Origin: Plasmodiophora brassicae
Lineage: Eukaryota
DNA: 64,000 nt
NCBI GenBank assembly: GCA_036867785.1
Contig: CP145426.1
Coordinates: 372,001-436,000, forward strand
Direction: 5' to 3'
The translations under genes and the position numbers were made by a program. How positions within the stretch are numbered: position 1 is the first letter of the stretch; every line of letters begins with the position of its first letter. The notes beneath the pieces were generated by a model. It saw only the letters and a list, made by a program, of their open reading frames with translations, was not told the origin of the DNA and did no database searches. Of the stretch, positions 1 through 8,807 are shown one piece after another.

Positions 1-888
1 GTTCATGGTCATGATGGGCGCTCTGTTCGTCAAGCACTGGCGCGTCGCTCAGATCTTCAACTTATCGACATCCGGCCAGCGTGGCATGGCCGTCGTCAAG
101 ATCACCAATACCGATGTCGGCAAGCGCGTCGCCCTGCTCGTCGCCCTCGACGTCGTCGTCCTTGGCATTTGGATGGGTCCGTTCGCCATGCTCTGCGACC
201 GACCAGCGCGTAACGCTGCGCTTGAATGCTACAGGTGCCCAGGGGACAACTCCTTCGTACACGCGCGTTATGCAGGAGTCGTCGTGCCCCTGCCAGAACG
301 CTGATTTGCACCAGTTCGTGACCGCGTGCAGGTTGGACGCCGGCGGCCTGTGGACCGTTGTCGTCCTGCATGGCATCCTGATCGTCTGGGGCACCGCCAT
401 CGCGATTCGCACACGCAACATCCCCATGCTCCTCTTCAATGAATCGGTATCGCCTGCGTCGTTGTCCCGCGAGACCACGGCCGACGTCCCCGTTGTGTGT
501 TGTCACAGAAATTCATGGGGCTGACGACGTACAACATCGCGCTGATCATGGTCCTGACACTGCCCGTCATGCTGCTGGCCGGTTCGAACCCGTCCATGGG
601 GCTCCTGGTTCGGGGCGTGGCCGCCGTCCTCGTCGTCACCTTGACCATCGTCGTCCTGTTCGGCTACAAGTTCTTCCTTGTCTTAACGATGACTTCCGAG
701 GAGGTCGACACTCTTAAGGTGAGAACGTCCTGCTGCTGGCTCGACGTGCGTCTTCGATGACGCGCGTGGCACAGCAACAAACGGTCGTCGCGGCGGGGTC
801 CTCAGGCAAAGGCGTTGTGACGGCGTCGTCGAAAGACCGAGCGACCGCTCGTTCTACGCCGAGCCAACCCGTTGCTGGCAACCTTTGA
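1..888 (+). CDS. 3' part of a class C (GABA-B-like, 7tm_3) G-protein-coupled receptor, spliced, 5' end outside the window
   Basis: Hydrophobic helices with KHWRVAQIF, LFNES/KFMGLTTYN and final TM VVTLTIVVLFGYKF. Short GT..AG introns; the last exon 775-888 ends in TGA. Confidence 0.7.
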
Positions 889-1212
889 CCCTCGTGATCG
901 TACTGTCGACCTCATCCACTACATCATCAATAAACTGAAGCTGCCCGAGATCCCACCCCCAAGGAACGGTTAAACCAGGACGGGGGATCATCGGCAAGCG
1001 CGCTGTACAGTCGAAGCAGCATGCGAGCACCCGTCCTACGCCGACCCGTCCTGTTGTCGACAATCTTTGACCTTTGTCTTTATCCGCCTTTCTTGGCGTA
1101 CCTGTACCTTGAGAGTGGGATGGAGTTGCTGTTACTGGCCTGGAGCTGCTGTCAGAGATCCATCCCGAGACGCGGATCGCCATGTGACGGTCAGCGTCGC
1201 CCTGGATTAGGC

Positions 1213-1864
1213 ATGGACGACGTCAACAATCGGCGGTCGATGGCCAGCGACTCGAGCACGCTCGGGCGCGGACGCCCCCACCGACGCCTATCGCCGAGTG
1301 TCGTCAGGCACAAGAGCGCCAACCGCACCGTGATCCCATGGCGACTTGACAGGTCGTCCGTCCGCTCCGACCGACAGGGAGGCGCACGCCCCACAGCTGA
1401 CCCCGTTTGTTATATAGGACGATGGTGCCGACCGCCTCCCAACGTTCAGGGTCCGTTGACAGACGGCCCGACCACCACGAAGGGCCGGCGGCTGCGAATG
1501 GGGACTCATCGCCCGCCTCCATGAACGTCGCCAACGTCATGTGCAAGGTACAGGTGCCCCGGCCTGTCCGCTCCAGGTCATGTTCTGATTGCGACGGCAG
1601 GTACGCGCGGCCGCTGCCCTCGACATTCGTCCGATCGGGACGGAGCCGGCGCCGAAGCTGACCGTGGCCGAGTTCGCCGCCGGCCGAGGCGTGTCGGAAA
1701 CGGCGCTGCAGGACCTGCTGGCGCAGGCCGTCCGGGACGACGCGCGAACCACGCTGGATCCACAGGCGCATGTCGACTACACGATCATCATGCAGAGCTT
1801 CGGCCGGGGCCTGCAGGCCCATGGCGCGCTGCCGATCGCTCTGCTACACGACCAGCTGGAGTGA
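1213..1864 (+). CDS. Small hypothetical spliced protein
   Basis: ATG at 1213 and open segments separated by possible short introns, ending ...ALLHDQLE* at 1864. No recognisable domain. Confidence 0.3.
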
Positions 1865-1935
1865 CGAAACACATCGACAGGAGACAGGGTCGCCAGCCTA
1901 GTAGAGCCTATGAGAGGGGTTTATAACTACATAGC

Positions 1936-2565
1936 CTACGTGCAGGACGACGATTGTTGCATGTAGCCGGTGGGCGCACCGGACGTGATCGGGATGGAGC
2001 GCCGCATGCTAGCCAGGGTCGTTGCCGCTGCAGACGGGGCCGTCGCAGATGACGAATTGCTTGTCGGCGGCGGCGACGTTGAGTTGGTCGGCGTCGACGA
2101 GTTCCCCGACGTCGCGCCGTATTCGCAGACCCAGATCTGGGTGACAGGTTGCCCTTGCGATGGGCAGTTCTGTTTCGTGGCGCACCCGACACTCAGCGTC
2201 TTCGGGTCGACAATGGTCTGGTAGTGGCCGCAGACGGCGCCTGCGTTGCAAACGCCATTGACGAGATTGTCCTTCTCCTTGATCCACTCGGACGCCACTT
2301 CGGACGCGTTCATGGTCGGCCATCCCCAACCGATGTTCTCGGACGCGCCTTGCCTGAGCGAATCCGCACTGTGCCCCGATGGGCACGTGTTCACCCACTG
2401 GGTTGCGATCGACGCCAAATGGTCATCCCAGGTCAGCTGGGGTAGTGGCGACGCCCTGGCTGCGTTGTGGGCACTGAGCAGTGTCGTGACGTCGGCTGGG
2501 GCGATGTCAGCACGAGCGACGCCGGCTATGATCACGCTGAGGAGCACGACAGCGGTGTGCGACAT
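1936..2565 (-). CDS. Secreted CAP/SCP/PR-1 family protein with Ser/Thr/Pro-rich tail
   Basis: Signal peptide MSHTAVVLLSVIIAGVARA; CAP motifs LSAHNAAR, LTWDDHLA, SENIGWG, CGHYQTIV, VGCA, WVCEY. Confidence 0.9.
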   Translation of the reverse strand: MSHTAVVLLSVIIAGVARADIAPADVTTLLSAHNAARASPLPQLTWDDHLASIATQWVNTCPSGHSADSLRQGASENIGWGWPTMNASEVASEWIKEKDNLVNGVCNAGAVCGHYQTIVDPKTLSVGCATKQNCPSQGQPVTQIWVCEYGATSGNSSTPTNSTSPPPTSNSSSATAPSAAATTLASMRRSIPITSGAPTGYMQQSSSCT

Positions 2566-3774
2566 GGGACGATCGGTGGTGGTTGTCTGTGGCGGTGGTA
2601 GAATATAGATGTGTGTGTGCCAGCGTCATCGCCTGTCACAGATCATTGAGCACTGGCTCGACGCGTTGACAGTATCTGACCTTTCCAGTTGACTCATGCG
2701 ACGCGAGTCAACGGCTGTGACCCAGCAGTGACAACGGTTCTTGACAGACAGTGGTGGGGGTGGTGGGCAGCCCGCTACAGATCGTGCTGCTTGGCGACGG
2801 GTCGCCGAATAAAACTGATGATGCGTGACGTCACGAAACCGAGTACGGTGCCGAGAAGCGTCTGCCATGACGACGGACACGACTGGCTTGCACCAAACGC
2901 GGCCTTGCACATGGTGCCGAGGTCGCACCGGTTGGCGATCCGATGTAGATGGCGCTGGAAGACGTCGCTGGGGCACGAGAGCGCGTTATCGCAGAACGGG
3001 ATCGGGATGGGGAGTTCATTGTGCAGAAGCTGAACGATGAATTGGCCGTCAGCACAGGCGTACGTATGGAAGGCAAGGTTTGCGGAATAGGGGACAATGT
3101 GACTCGTCCGCCAAGCGCGATGTGGCACCGACGACGAATCGGTCAGATTGTGGAACAATCCCTGATCAGGACGTCAAGGGAGCGCTGCATGCAAACACGA
3201 GCAACTGACCAGAATCCCGATCAGAGGCAGCAGCGATTCGGCGTGGCCGTGACGAATGTCAAGCAGCAGCGGTGACATGGTCCCATTCGTGATCGTCGAC
3301 ATGGACGACAGGATGTCGTCAACCAGGACGCAAGCCATGTCGTAGTTGATTGCGTTCCCAGGGCCCTGCAGCACGTTGGCCAGACTGCGATAGACGGGAT
3401 CCAGGTCGCGCCTACCTTTGCCCAGAAGTTCTCCAGGTCATCGACAGCCTCCAGCGCAGCGGCGTCTTCCGGCGAGAACAGGGGACAGGTCGTCGACGTA
3501 GTCAGCGCCAACATCTCCATCTTGCAGACCTGCCACAGCGGGTGTACGAGCGACTCGGGTATTCCGCCAGCGATTCGCCCTGCGATCCCGGGCGCGACCT
3601 GGCGCAGGCGCTGACGAGCATGGCGGACCGTGTCGGGCGCGCGGCGCGTCCTCTCGTACTCGGGGCACATGTCGAACGGCCTCAGCAGCGGGTCGGCATC
3701 CAGCGGCCCGGTCGTGTAGATGAACGCGGGTTGGTACCCATGCGGCGTAACGTTGCCAGCGCCGTGCCACAACC

Positions 3775-3942
3775 AATCGGGACACTGGTGCGACCTCGAG
3801 TCCGCAGAGTGCCTTAGATCAGCAATCATAGGGCGCCTCCCACATATACCGCGCAACACTGCCGTACGGCGTCCGTGGCGCACCAATTATACATTCTGCT
3901 ATCTGGCCTTGTCTGGTCTTGTCCGTGTCCTGCGTGCTAATT
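3775..3942 (+). repeat. 5' LTR (168 bp, AATCGGGAC...GCTAATT)
   Basis: Identical by eye to 8640-8807. The identity stops exactly at the TSD on the left and the PBS on the right. Confidence 0.95.
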
Positions 3943-3955
3943 GGTTTTGGGCCCA
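3943..3955 (+). promoter_or_regulatory. Primer-binding site, probably half-tRNAiMet (copia/Hemivirus type)
   Basis: GGTTTTGGGCCCA directly after the 5' LTR; 12/13 match to GGTTATGGGCCCA, the complement of the initiator tRNA-Met anticodon arm. Confidence 0.7.
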
Positions 3956-3967
3956 TCCCAAGCCTTA

Positions 3968-4060
3968 CCCCTGTCCCTGTTCCTGTCCCCGTCCCTGTCC
4001 CCGTCCCTGTCCCTGTTCCTGCCCCAGCCCCAGTTCCCGTACTGTCCCGTGTCCCAGCCC
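3968..4060 (+). repeat. Pyrimidine-rich hexamer tandem array (CCCTGT/CCCCGT/CCCAGC) in the retrotransposon leader
   Basis: ccctgtccctgttcctgtccccgtccctgtccccgtccctgtccctgttcctgccccagccccag... Confidence 0.85.
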
Positions 4061-4146
4061 GTGTCGTGATCCAGTTCGCGTTGTGACCGCCCGCGCCCCA
4101 CGCTCGGTTTGTACCCGTCCCTGTCCCCCTGCTCCCGCCGCCCGCA

Positions 4147-5094
4147 ATGGCGGAGGACTGGAACCAGATCGTCACAAACCTGAACTCTCAGATCCAGCAC
4201 CTGCAACAGCAACAACAACAACAGCAGCAGCTTCTACAACAACAGCACGATCAACTGCTACAACAGCAACAACTACTGCAGCAGCAACCGTCCCCACAAC
4301 AGCGAATGGTCTCACAGCATCATGTTTCCGAGCCCAAGGTCAAGCTCCCCCCCATCTACAACGGCGGCCGTGGAGAACTTCGCGGTTTCCTGAACCAAGT
4401 CAAGCTGGTTATCACCCAGCGGCCTGCCACCTATGCGACCGACGCTCAGAAGGTCGCGCTGGTGGGACAGCTGCTGGGTGGTGATGCTCTTCGGTGGTTT
4501 AATCCGTTGTTCGAAAAGGACGACGCGGTGCTGACGGAGTTCGTCGCCTTTATCAAGGCCTTCAAGACAAGGTTCGGTGACCCTCATCTAGCCGAGACTG
4601 CGGCACGGAAGCTACAGCATCTTCGTCAGGGCCGAGGCACTGTCGCCCGCTTCGCGACAGAGTTCCAAAACCTGGTGGCGGACGCCGGGTTCAACGACTC
4701 AGCCTGCCGACACATGTTCCGCGCCGGCCTGTCCAGGGACGTGCAGTTCCTGCTGCTGTCCCTGCCCGTCGCCGAGACGCTTGACGAGCTTGTCATACAG
4801 GCAATCCGGTGTGACAACCGCCTGGCCGAGCACCGATCGACCACCGCCCTCGTTCCTGTCCCTGCTGCCTCCGCCGCCGCAGTGCCGTCCGCTCCTCCCC
4901 CAGCCCCGGCCGCCGCGGTTGGGGATCCCATGGTTATCGACGCCGCGATCGGCGGTGGGCCCCGCGCGCCCTTAACCCAAGACGAGAAAGATCGCCGTCG
5001 TCGCGAAGGCCTATGCCTTTACTGCGGGGTGGCTGGCCATGTCGCAGTGTCCTGTCCCGTGCGTCCGCAGGGAAACGCCTCCCGGCGTGGCTGA
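4147..5094 (+). CDS. gag: Gag, Ty3/Gypsy sushi/PEG10-like capsid with CCHC zinc knuckle and N-terminal polyQ
   Basis: LPPIYNGGRGELRGFLNQV...KVALVGQLLGGDALRW...FGDP, LRQGRGTVARFATEF, GDPMVID, LTQDEKDRRRREGLCLYCGVAGHVAVSC. Confidence 0.92.
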   Translation: MAEDWNQIVTNLNSQIQHLQQQQQQQQQLLQQQHDQLLQQQQLLQQQPSPQQRMVSQHHVSEPKVKLPPIYNGGRGELRGFLNQVKLVITQRPATYATDAQKVALVGQLLGGDALRWFNPLFEKDDAVLTEFVAFIKAFKTRFGDPHLAETAARKLQHLRQGRGTVARFATEFQNLVADAGFNDSACRHMFRAGLSRDVQFLLLSLPVAETLDELVIQAIRCDNRLAEHRSTTALVPVPAASAAAVPSAPPPAPAAAVGDPMVIDAAIGGGPRAPLTQDEKDRRRREGLCLYCGVAGHVAVSCPVRPQGNASRRG

Positions 5095-5151
5095 AATCCC
5101 GGTCGGTCGCCACGCCTACCAATACACCTGTTCCATCATGCAACCCCGACC
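5070..5151 (+). promoter_or_regulatory. -1 programmed ribosomal frameshift signal (slippery G GGA AAC plus stem/pseudoknot)
   Basis: G_GGA_AAC at 5070-5076 in the gag frame, with pol in the -1 frame. After a 7-nt spacer GGCGTGGC (5084-5091) pairs with GCCACGCC (5109-5116); loop GGTCGG (5101-5106) can pair with CCGACC (5146-5151). Confidence 0.85.
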
Positions 5152-8100
5152 ACTTCTTTCCCGAGCCAAGTATGATTTCCGCGTCCACCAACCTCGTCGA
5201 GCACTTGGACCGTGTCCTAAGCATAGACGTGTCCCTTCAACTCGACAATGGCAAGACTGTACAGACGACGGCACTTATCGACTCAGGAGCAACCAACGAC
5301 TTCATACACTCCGACTTCGCCCGCGCTCACAACGTTCCGCTCACCAAGAAACCCGCACCGGTAGATCTGGAGGTAATTGACGGGCGGCGGCTACCGAAGG
5401 TGGCGCTGGAAACGGCCCCTGTCCGCCTCAGTATCGGCAACCACTCCGAATCGATCGTGCTGAACGTAATCGACTCCCCGCGATTCCCGATTATCCTCGG
5501 CATGACCTGGCTCTCAAGGCACAACCCGAGCATTAACTGGACACACCGAACGATGGAGATTACTCGTGTCGCTCAGGACGCCGCGCGCGAACAGAGCGAA
5601 CCCAAGGAAGCCATCACAGCCCTAACCTTGCACGACAATGGCGTATTCTCTCAGCAACCAGACCCACCACCTCAAGACCTCTCGCCACCCACACGACACG
5701 AACGGCGGTCGAGGGCCCGTGTTGACAGCGGCAAGGTGCCCTACGCCGTTCCGCTTCCCGGGGATTGGAACCAAGCCCAGAGTCTCAAGCGTTGGCACCA
5801 CCGCCTCGGCCACCGTAACCTGCGTGACGTCATCCTGATGGCAAATCATGACCTTACCGAATCCATGGAGATCCTGGCACAGAAGGTTGACAGGTTCTGC
5901 GAAGGGTGCGCTATCGCGAAAGCCAAGGAACGTCCTTTCCCCTCGGAGTCCAAAGAAAAACAGTGGAACGTGCTCGAGAGAATCGACGTCGACGAATGCG
6001 GACCGCTTCCCGTCGCCTCACTCAAAGGGGAGCGATACTTTATCACGTTCACGGAATTTGCAACCAGGATGAAATTTACCTTCCTGTTGCACCACAAGAA
6101 CCAGGCGCTGACCAAGTTCAAGGAGCTCAAGACTCGAATTGAGAATCGCCTGGAGAAATCCATTAAGATCCTCTTCGGCGACAACGATGGGGTATTCATC
6201 AACAACGAGTTCAAGGCGTTCTTGCAGGACAACGGGATCGAGTGGAGATCAACGGTGGAGTATTCCTCCAAGCAGAACGGTGTCTCCGAACGGGGACACC
6301 TGACGCTCATGGACTCCGGTCGCGCAATGCTCGTACACGCAAGGCTCCCCAAGCAGTTCTGGGGACCCGCAATTCTGACTGCCAGCCAGGTCCATAATCT
6401 CTGCCCCCACCCACGCGATCCCTCGACCACGCCCCATGAAATGCTGTCGCGCTCGAAACCTGATATCCGCTACCTTAGAACGTTCGGGTGCGACGCATAT
6501 GGCTACGTCCCGTCCAGCCAGAGAACGAAGCTGGACCCACGCGCCGTGAAAGGCATCTTCATCGGATATGCAGATCACCAGAAAGGGTACGTCCTCTATC
6601 ACCCTTCGTCCGGCCTGATCAAGGTGTACCGCAGCGTGACGTTCAGCGAAGACAGCTTCGGCGGCCGCAGTGCGGACGACGCCCTCGCCGATCCCGAGGA
6701 ACCTGAGTCTGGATACGACAGCGACTACGTTCCCTCCGGTGACGAACCCGCTGTCGAGGGGGCGCAGTCCGCCGCAGGCCCCAATGAGGATCCGCGACCT
6801 CCCACCGAACGAGCCCGGCGTCTCTCCCGCAAGCCAGACCGTTTAGGAGATCCCGTCCACCACGCCTGGATCGCGTCCCTGCAACCTACCAACGACGATC
6901 CTATTCACCACATGTGGATAGGTTCCACACATCAATGCGACGACGACGATGACGCCGCGCTCAATGCAGATGACCCCGACACTCCAAACACATATGAAGA
7001 CGCCATGGCAAGTCCCGAGGCAGAGTTCTGGACTAAGGCGATGGCCGATGAATTGAAGAGCCTGAAACAGCACAAGACATGGGAAGCCGTGGAGCGACTA
7101 CCCGTCGGGGCACGCCCCATCGGATGCCGCTGGGTCTACAAGCGCAAGATCACCAAGTCAAGTCAGATCCCGCCGGACACCACCTGGGTTCTCCGCCATG
7201 ACCCCGACGGTGTCACCTCCTACCGGTACAAGGCTCGACTATGCATACTCGGCTACAGACAGCGCCAGGGGATCGACTACACGAACACCTATGCGCCAGT
7301 CGTCCGGAGCGACATCCTCCGTCTAGTACTAGCCCTGTCCGTCCAAGACAAGGAGATCATCGCCGAGCAGATGGATGTGATGACCGCATTCCTCAACGCC
7401 CACCTCACCGAAGAGATCTACATGGACTCCCCGAAAGGGATGAAGGCCAGAACCCGTTTCGTCAAGCTCCTACGATCGATCTATGGCCTGAAACAGGCCC
7501 CAAGAGAATGGTTCAAGGTCATCGACGCCTTCCTCGTTAACGAATGCGGGTTCCAACGAGCCAAGTCCGCATCGTGCTTGTACTTCAAACGTGGTCCAAC
7601 TGGACGGCTCGTCATTGTTGGGGTCTACGTCGATGATATTCCCATCGTCGGACATCCCGAACTCGTACAGGAAACCAAGTCAGCCCTCTCGAAGAGATTC
7701 AAGATGTCGGACATGGGAGAGCTTCAATCAGTCATTGGCTTCGACGTCGATAGACAAGGTAGATCGGTGTTCCTGTCGCAAGAACGCTACACGAAAACTA
7801 TCCTCGACACCTACGGCATGGCCGAATCGCGCCCCGTCTCGACACCGGCAGATGCGAACTTGAAGTTATCCACATCACTGTGCCCGCAGAACCAGGCCGA
7901 TCGCGAACTTGCCGCCTTAGAAGGCCAGCGCATCAACTATCGAGCAGCGGTAGGTCACCTAATGTGGCTGCTGCACACCCGGCCAGACATCGCCTATGCG
8001 GTGAACGAGGTCTCCCGATACGTGCAAGACCCAGGGCCAGCGCACTTCGTCGCGCTGAAGCGAGTCTTCAGGTACCTCAACGGCACTCGCAACTACGGCC

Positions 8101-8696
8101 TCCTGTTCGAAGGAGGTGGGGAAACGGCCACACCGCTCCTGGTCGGCTACTCCGATTCTGATTGGGGTGGAGACCTCGACACACGACGATCGACTTCGGG
8201 GTGCGTGTTCCTTCTGAATGGCTGCCCGGTTTCATTTCGCTCTAAGAAGCAGACCACGGTCGCGTTATCGTCGTGCGAGGCGGAGACGGTGGCGTCAACA
8301 CTCGCGGCAACAGAAGGCGTCTGGTTGCGCAATGTGCTGGACGAACTAGGTTTTCCACAAGCTCAGCCTACACCTCTACACGTAGACAATCAGGGGGCGA
8401 TCGCGTTCGCCAACAGCGAAATCAACCACAGCAAGATGAAACATCTCGCGCTCAAGGACCACTTCGTCAGAGAACTGGTGGCATCCAACCAGATCAAGGT
8501 GCACTACGTCCGCTCGTGCGAGAACCTCGCCGACATCTTCACGAAACCGCTCGGAAAGCACAAGTTCGTAGAATTCCGTGCGGCCCTCAAGTGCGTACCG
8601 CATCCCCACATGAACTTGGACTCTCAGGTCGAGGGGGGGAATCGGGACACTGGTGCGACCTCGAGTCCGCAGAGTGCCTTAGATCAGCAATCATAG
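5070..8696 (+). CDS. pol: Pol (via -1 frameshift): Gypsy-type aspartic protease, GAG-pre-integrase, rve integrase, RVT_2 reverse transcriptase, Ty1-type RNase H
   Basis: ALIDSGATNDFI...IILGMTWLSRHNPSINW; WHHRLGH...CEGC; DECGP/GDND/NGVSER; KLDPRAVKGIFIGY; RYKARL, QMDVMTAFLN, SIYGLKQAPREW, YVDD; GYSDSDWGGD, DNQGAI, ADIFTKPL. Confidence 0.95.
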   Translation, partial: GKRLPAWLKSRSVATPTNTPVPSCNPDHFFPEPSMISASTNLVEHLDRVLSIDVSLQLDNGKTVQTTALIDSGATNDFIHSDFARAHNVPLTKKPAPVDLEVIDGRRLPKVALETAPVRLSIGNHSESIVLNVIDSPRFPIILGMTWLSRHNPSINWTHRTMEITRVAQDAAREQSEPKEAITALTLHDNGVFSQQPDPPPQDLSPPTRHERRSRARVDSGKVPYAVPLPGDWNQAQSLKRWHHRLGHRNLRDVILMANHDLTESMEILAQKVDRFCEGCAIAKAKERPFPSESKEKQWNVLERIDVDECGPLPVASLKGERYFITFTEFATRMKFTFLLHHKNQALTKFKELKTRIENRLEKSIKILFGDNDGVFINNEFKAFLQDNGIEWRSTVEYSSKQNGVSERGHLTLMDSGRAMLVHARLPKQFWGPAILTASQVHNLCPHPRDPSTTPHEMLSRSKPDIRYLRTFGCDAYGYVPSSQRTKLDPRAVKGIFIGYADHQKGYVLYHPSSGLIKVYRSVTFSEDSFGGRSADDALADPEEPESGYDSDYVPSGDEPAVEGAQSAAGPNEDPRPPTERARRLSRKPDRLGDPVHHAWIASLQPTNDDPIHHMWIGSTHQCDDDDDAALNADDPDTPNTYEDAMASPEAEFWTKAMADELKSLKQHKTWEAVERLPVGARPIGCRWVYKRKITKSSQIPPDTTWVLRHDPDGVTSYRYKARLCILGYRQRQGIDYTNTYAPVVRSDILRLVLALSVQDKEIIAEQMDVMTAFLNAHLTEEIYMDSPKGMKARTRFVKLLRSIYGLKQAPREWFKVIDAFLVNECGFQRAKSASCLYFKRGPTGRLVIVGVYVDDIPIVGHPELVQETKSALSKRFKMSDMGELQSVIGFDVDRQGRSVFLSQERYTKTILDTYGMAESRPVSTPADANLKLSTSLCPQNQADRELAALEGQRINYRAAVGHLMWLLHTRPDIAYAVNEVSRYVQDPGPAHFVALKRVFRYLNGTRNYGLLFEGGGETATPLLVGYSDSDWGGDLDTRRSTSGCVFLLNGCPVSFRSKKQTTVALSSCEAETVASTLAATEGVWLRNVLDELGFPQAQPTPLHVDNQGAIAFANSEINHSKMKHLALKDHFVRELVASNQIKVHYVRSCENLADIFTKPLGKHKFVEFRAALKCVPHPHMNLDSQVEGGNRDTGATSSPQSALDQQS
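8631..8639 (+). promoter_or_regulatory. Polypurine tract
   Basis: GAGGGGGGG directly 5' of the 3' LTR. Confidence 0.9.
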
Positions 8697-8807
8697 GGCG
8701 CCTCCCACATATACCGCGCAACACTGCCGTACGGCGTCCGTGGCGCACCAATTATACATTCTGCTATCTGGCCTTGTCTGGTCTTGTCCGTGTCCTGCGT
8801 GCTAATT
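8640..8807 (+). repeat. 3' LTR (168 bp)
   Basis: Direct repeat of 3775-3942, followed by TSD CAACC. Confidence 0.95.

Larger units (their letters stand above)
3775..8807 (+). mobile_element. Full-length LTR retrotransposon with Gypsy-type gag-protease and Copia-type IN-RT-RNaseH
   Basis: 168-bp direct repeats at both ends, 5-bp TSD CAACC (3770-3774 and 8808-8812), PBS, PPT, and intact gag and pol ORFs. Confidence 0.97.

Noticed and set aside
5715-5740. VDSGK as a residual Copia protease active site
   Set aside because: It lacks the W.LDSGAS.HM context and there is no room for a protease fold before the pre-integrase motif.
4147-5790. A Gypsy element nested inside a Copia element as the explanation for the chimera
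   Set aside because: There is only one LTR pair and one TSD, no internal LTRs, no second gag, protease or RT, and the protease-to-integrase frame is continuous.
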